Shown: positions 60,601 to 64,000 of the stretch, in pieces
How positions within the stretch are numbered: position 1 is the first letter of the stretch
Layout of the letters: each line of letters opens with the position of its first letter
DNA from: a virus
Reading direction: 5' to 3' (one strand)
Length of the DNA: 64,000 nucleotides
Virus record (IMG/VR): IMGVR_UViG_3300048592_000418
Span: 38,005-102,004 of that record
The notes under the pieces: model-generated
The model's input: the letters and a program-made list of their open reading frames with translations, nothing else
The model's database searches: none
What the model was told of the DNA's origin: nothing
Made by a program: the position numbers and the translations under genes

Positions 60601-63600
60601 ATCCCTGCGATCACGCTGGACACGACTCCGCCGGCGGTTCCGACCGGCGTTGCGTTGACTTCCGAGCTGGTGAACGAGCAGGACGGCACGCAGCGGATCA
60701 AGCTGATCGGTTCGTGGACTGCGAACACGGAAGAAGATTTCTCGAAGTATCACTGGCGGATCAAGGAAGTCGCGGCCGGGCCGTTCGACTGGGTTCACGG
60801 CACAGCGTCAGGGAAGGATTCGACGCGGATCGAATTCACGGCGAAGGCGAACACGAATTACGAGCTTCAGGTTGCCGCTTCGGACCGCGATGAAAACAAG
60901 TCGGCTTACTCCGCGAGCGCGACGCACATCACGACGCGGGACACGACTCCGCCGGCCGTGCCGGTCTGGATCGCCGGGAACGCGAGCTTCAGGAACATTT
61001 TTCTCGCGTGGCAGAATCCGACAGACTCGGACTTCGATTCCGTCGAACTATACGAAAACACCGTCAACGACAGCGGGACGGCAACGCGCATTTTCCCCGC
61101 GGCCGATGATCAGCCGGGACTTCGCGGCACGTCGCACATTGTCAGCAAGCCGGCGACGGGCGACTTCACCGGCGCGACGTTTTATTATTGGCTGAAGTCG
61201 CGCGACACGTCCGGGAACCGCTCTGGATTTTCGCTCGTTCAGGCTGTCACAATGTCCGGCGTGCCGACGCCGACAGGGCTGACGCTTTCGACGGATCTCG
61301 TCACGAATCCGGACCGCACGCAAACGAGCTACCTGAACGCGAGCGTGGACACGTCGGGATTCGCCGAGTTCGGCGGCTTCACGTGGGAAGTCGAAAAGGT
61401 TGACGCTTCGATTGTCTGGCGCGGAGACACGAAGACGAATTCCATCCGGATCCCGGTTCCGGGGAACACGCTGCTTTTCGTCCGAGTGCGGATGAACGAT
61501 CAAAGCACGGGCCGCAGTGCGTTCACTGCGTTTTCGTCCATCGTCAGCGCGAAAGACACGACGGCGCCGGACGCACCGTCCGGATTCGTTGCGAATTCCG
61601 CAGTCGCGAGCGTGTTTCTCGAATGGACGATCCCGCCGGTGATCGATTGCGCGGAGATCTGGATCTATCGGAACACGACGGGAACACCGCCGACGCCGGG
61701 CGTGACGACGCCTTACAAAAAGCTCGGACGTGATTCCGGGTGGACGGATGACGGCGTGACGCAGGGCGTGACGTATTACTATTGGCTGACCGCTCGGGAC
61801 ACGTCGCAAAACGAGTCCGTTCTTTCGACGGTTCAGAGCACAACGCCGGGCAAGGTTCAGACGACGGACATCAATGACTATGCGGTGACGCTGACAAAGC
61901 GCTTCAACGCGACAATCGCGCTGTCCGGTGACGTTTGGTCAAACAACTCGCCGGGCGCCGGGAAAATCGCGTGGAACGCGCACACGCTGCATTTTCAGGG
62001 CACGGCGTATTCGATTTCCGCCGGCGACACGAACGCCATTGCCGGCGATGCGTGGGTTTACTGGGATCCGGCGACGCCGACGGTTTACCAAGTCAGCGCG
62101 ACGAACCCGACGCTGACGGATGCGCAGTTCATGATCGCGACGAATGTCGCAGGCGTTCACGATCTCGCGTGGAACGCGATGGCGAACGCGCTGATCGGGA
62201 CGGCATACATTGAAAATCTCGCCGTCACGAACGCGAAGATCCTTTCCCTCGCCGTGGACAAGCTCACGGCCGGGACGATCAACGCGAAAGAGATCATCAT
62301 TGCCGGCGGGACGGCGGGCATCATTCGCAGCGCTGACTATTCGGCCGGCTCCGCCGGGTGGGCGATCTGGCACGGCGGCGCGGAGTTCAACAACGTCACC
62401 GTTCGCGGTTCGATCACGGGTTCAACGATCAGCATCGGCGCCGGCGCGAACGACGTTTTCAAAGTTGATCTGTCCGGTAACATTTGGAGCGGACACGCGA
62501 ACTTCGCGAGCGCGCCGTTCAAAGTCTCGAACTCCGGCGTTCTCACGGCGACCGGCGCGACGATCAGCGGCAACGTTCAGGCGCGCAGCATCGAAGCCGG
62601 TCAGACCGTCGTGATCGGTTCGACGGGACTCGAAGCATCGTCCATCATTCAGAGCTTCGGCTTCAGCTCGGGAAGCACGGGCTGGCGCATCGTCGGGAAC
62701 GGGACCGGCGAATTCAATTCGCTGACGCTGCGCGGCGTCGCACTGATCACCGGCAGCATTTCCAACACCGCGACGATTGACGGCGCGAACGCGGGAACCG
62801 TTGCGACGGGCGGATCGCGCGCGGCGACCGCGTTGAACAGCTCGAACAATCTCGTGACGGCGTTCGCTCCGGGAAGCGTCGCGCCGGCGGCGGGAACCGG
62901 GCTGTTCCTCGGATCGGACAAACTCGGGTTTTATGACGCCGGCACGTGGAAAACTTACATGGACAACGCCGGCCGGTTCTATCTCGGCGGCACGTCCGGG
63001 AAGCTCCGCTGGGACGGCGCGGCACTGATCGTTGAAGGATCTATTCTCGCGGCGAGCACGATTGACGGCACGGCCGCAAGCACGGTGAAGGACGGCGCGG
63101 CGCGCGCGAACGCCGGTCTGGACAACGCGGGGAAGCTGATCACGGCCGTCCTTCCGGGCGCAACGGTTGGCGCGGCGCCGGCGACGAACGGCTTGTTCCT
63201 CGGATCGGATTACCTCGGCTATTACAACGCCGGTTGGAAGACGTTCATGGACAATTCCGGGAATTTCTACCTCGGCGGCACGGGGGGAAATCTCACATGG
63301 AGCGCGGGGACAAGCACGCTGACGATTCAGGGAACTTCGATCTTCAAAGGCTCCGTTGACATTGGAAGCGGGCTGAACCGTGTTGCCGTTGACAGCTCGA
63401 ACGGACTGCGCGTCGGCGATCTCAGCGGGAATCACACCGTCATTTGGAACAATGGAACTTACGGGCTGCTGAACATGGTTCACAGCGGGATTCCGCGCGT
63501 CACGCTCGGCTTCGGCGGCGGCGCGACGGCCTACGGAAGCGTTGGACTTTACGACGGCGCCGGCGGCGGAACGCTGCGCTGCGCCTTGCGCGCAACGACT

Positions 63601-63990
63601 ACGCCGGAATTGGAACTCGGATCCGGCGGCATCCTGCGATCCGACGGTGGGAACCAACTGAGCATTTACACGGCCGGGAGTCAGCGCTTCCGGGTGGACG
63701 CGACAGACATTCGCGCGTTCATGGACTTTTCCACGAACGGCAATCACAAGATCAAACTGAACGTTTCGGCGACATCCGTCGTTTACTCGGATGAAAACTG
63801 GGGATGGAACATCCATGGGGACGGAACGCATCCGCTCACGCTCGTTTCCTGCGCGCTGAAGCTGAACGGCGCCGGCAGCGGCGGCACTTACACCGCCGGC
63901 CGAATCTACTTCACGGATTCAGTTTACCTCTACGAAAGCGCTGGCGTGCTCTACCTGAATGACGGCAACGGAGACCGTGCTTTGACGTAG
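57658..63990 (+). CDS. Lambda gpJ-like central tail fibre with FN3 repeats and a long receptor-binding extension
   Basis: GGKGGG, SEGPI.G, VPTNYDP..R.Y.G.WDGTFK.AW; DTTPPAVP repeats; start uncertain (57583-57658). Confidence 0.93.
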   Translation: MAATLQANLRKYRAPARFRTPRGDFFNLAGAGGGKGGGGSTRAPHEAPDSVRSKAYGRTKEVVSEGPIVGPIDADGVALAAENYGKAIFFDETPLQNADGSFNFKNVTVHFVPGTADQGHIPGFDSEEAEIAVGVRAIEAGDVVVRSVTNQDIDAVRVTVRIPALIKQDSSTGDITGYSVAFAIDVNDNGAGWVEKVNRTVSDKISQAYLTSHRIDLEGTGPWQIRLRRISAKSSTSAIQNETWFESYSEIIDGKFRHPFTAMFGLEIDAEQFSRIPNVAFRLGGRIIRVPTNYDPVARTYSGVWDGTFKLAWSNCPPWVYYDLLTSKRYGLGKWIDEDIVDKWALYAIGVVCDTMVPNGRGGTEPLYTCNLCVEQEVDAYRALYDLASVFHGLAIWAGGQFSALQDAPRDAVAIFGNANVEGGLFEYTGTSKEARHTVCNVWWNNPANFYRREPLYVPDEKGIFDYGINPTDLTAFGCTSEGQAVRRGRHLLLSEQLAKSAVTFITGQEGAFLRPNQVFKVMDADKAGKPFFGRLKAVNSTSSLQLDRSVVIEAGKTYKLTCVKPDGTPMQSDVSNAPGTTDTLTLSVAFPTAPLVSGVWLLQSNSLVPQEFECIGWKPEGKGKYRIAGIAYNVSKFDGILNGWQLDTPPVSELQPARLVKPPGAVTITEESISNPISFRTFLNLSWVPSEDAYLRGYRVYWRYESGNWQPMPEVSAPNQRLETIGLGVYDFKVVAVNSLGFESGPSSASHTVEADSPIENARVTGLEIFGKGNDQTFEGRDCKFVWRMNSALWHELGEEPNGGDSGFAHPLFRDYLVTVYDWQTSEILRQESVQDPSWTYTYEKNAEDALRYAQQGGSTSARRKFRITVQIRDRFNNLSVPASLLVENPAPAAPVFTLTPDLAAVVVRFTPSADLDFVGFVVHASQTAGFTVSDANKVYDGPDTLTRIKLDPGVTWYFRLAAYDAFGKSGLNFSVQQSAIPAITLDTTPPAVPTGVALTSELVNEQDGTQRIKLIGSWTANTEEDFSKYHWRIKEVAAGPFDWVHGTASGKDSTRIEFTAKANTNYELQVAASDRDENKSAYSASATHITTRDTTPPAVPVWIAGNASFRNIFLAWQNPTDSDFDSVELYENTVNDSGTATRIFPAADDQPGLRGTSHIVSKPATGDFTGATFYYWLKSRDTSGNRSGFSLVQAVTMSGVPTPTGLTLSTDLVTNPDRTQTSYLNASVDTSGFAEFGGFTWEVEKVDASIVWRGDTKTNSIRIPVPGNTLLFVRVRMNDQSTGRSAFTAFSSIVSAKDTTAPDAPSGFVANSAVASVFLEWTIPPVIDCAEIWIYRNTTGTPPTPGVTTPYKKLGRDSGWTDDGVTQGVTYYYWLTARDTSQNESVLSTVQSTTPGKVQTTDINDYAVTLTKRFNATIALSGDVWSNNSPGAGKIAWNAHTLHFQGTAYSISAGDTNAIAGDAWVYWDPATPTVYQVSATNPTLTDAQFMIATNVAGVHDLAWNAMANALIGTAYIENLAVTNAKILSLAVDKLTAGTINAKEIIIAGGTAGIIRSADYSAGSAGWAIWHGGAEFNNVTVRGSITGSTISIGAGANDVFKVDLSGNIWSGHANFASAPFKVSNSGVLTATGATISGNVQARSIEAGQTVVIGSTGLEASSIIQSFGFSSGSTGWRIVGNGTGEFNSLTLRGVALITGSISNTATIDGANAGTVATGGSRAATALNSSNNLVTAFAPGSVAPAAGTGLFLGSDKLGFYDAGTWKTYMDNAGRFYLGGTSGKLRWDGAALIVEGSILAASTIDGTAASTVKDGAARANAGLDNAGKLITAVLPGATVGAAPATNGLFLGSDYLGYYNAGWKTFMDNSGNFYLGGTGGNLTWSAGTSTLTIQGTSIFKGSVDIGSGLNRVAVDSSNGLRVGDLSGNHTVIWNNGTYGLLNMVHSGIPRVTLGFGGGATAYGSVGLYDGAGGGTLRCALRATTTPELELGSGGILRSDGGNQLSIYTAGSQRFRVDATDIRAFMDFSTNGNHKIKLNVSATSVVYSDENWGWNIHGDGTHPLTLVSCALKLNGAGSGGTYTAGRIYFTDSVYLYESAGVLYLNDGNGDRALT

Positions 63991-64000
63991 CGGTTTCGGG

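Larger units (their letters stand above)
1..63990 (+). mobile_element. Tailed phage (siphovirus) genome segment or prophage
   Basis: TerS, TerL, portal, MuF, scaffold, MCP, neck, tube, TMP and lambda-like tip genes, all co-oriented; no host housekeeping genes. Confidence 0.97.

Noticed and set aside
57658-63990. Diversity-generating retroelement targeting the tail fibre
   Set aside because: No reverse transcriptase seen; internal repeats differ at all bases, not only adenines

Overview
The window holds most of a GC-rich tailed phage (siphovirus) genome or prophage, with all credible genes on the + strand. No integrase, DNA polymerase, tRNA or CRISPR array was seen. Gene order: an SNF2 helicase and SSB replication region; small accessory genes (DUF1643, MazG-like, FtsK-gamma fusion, Lar-like, and an RNase III-like gene split by a stop); a putative DNA-modification cluster (ParB-N, ParB-ParB-methyltransferase, CmoA-like carboxy-SAM synthase); TerS; about 6 kb of accessory genes; TerL, portal and MuF; about 18 kb of small unknown ORFs; then scaffold, SPP1-like capsid, neck, tail tube, frameshifted chaperone, tape measure and a lambda-like tail tip (M, L, K, I, J). 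Two signals stand out. (1) An 18-bp dyad, GGAACC-N6-GGTTCC, occurs 11 times; nine copies sit inside a near-identical promoter unit of about 45 bp that heads successive cassettes of small unknown genes splitting the packaging and head module. (2) The CmoA-like gene lies next to a non-C5-type methyltransferase, suggesting Cx-SAM-dependent DNA modification. The host is inferred to be Verrucomicrobiota (Opitutae-like). All family calls rest on motif recognition by eye, not database searches.
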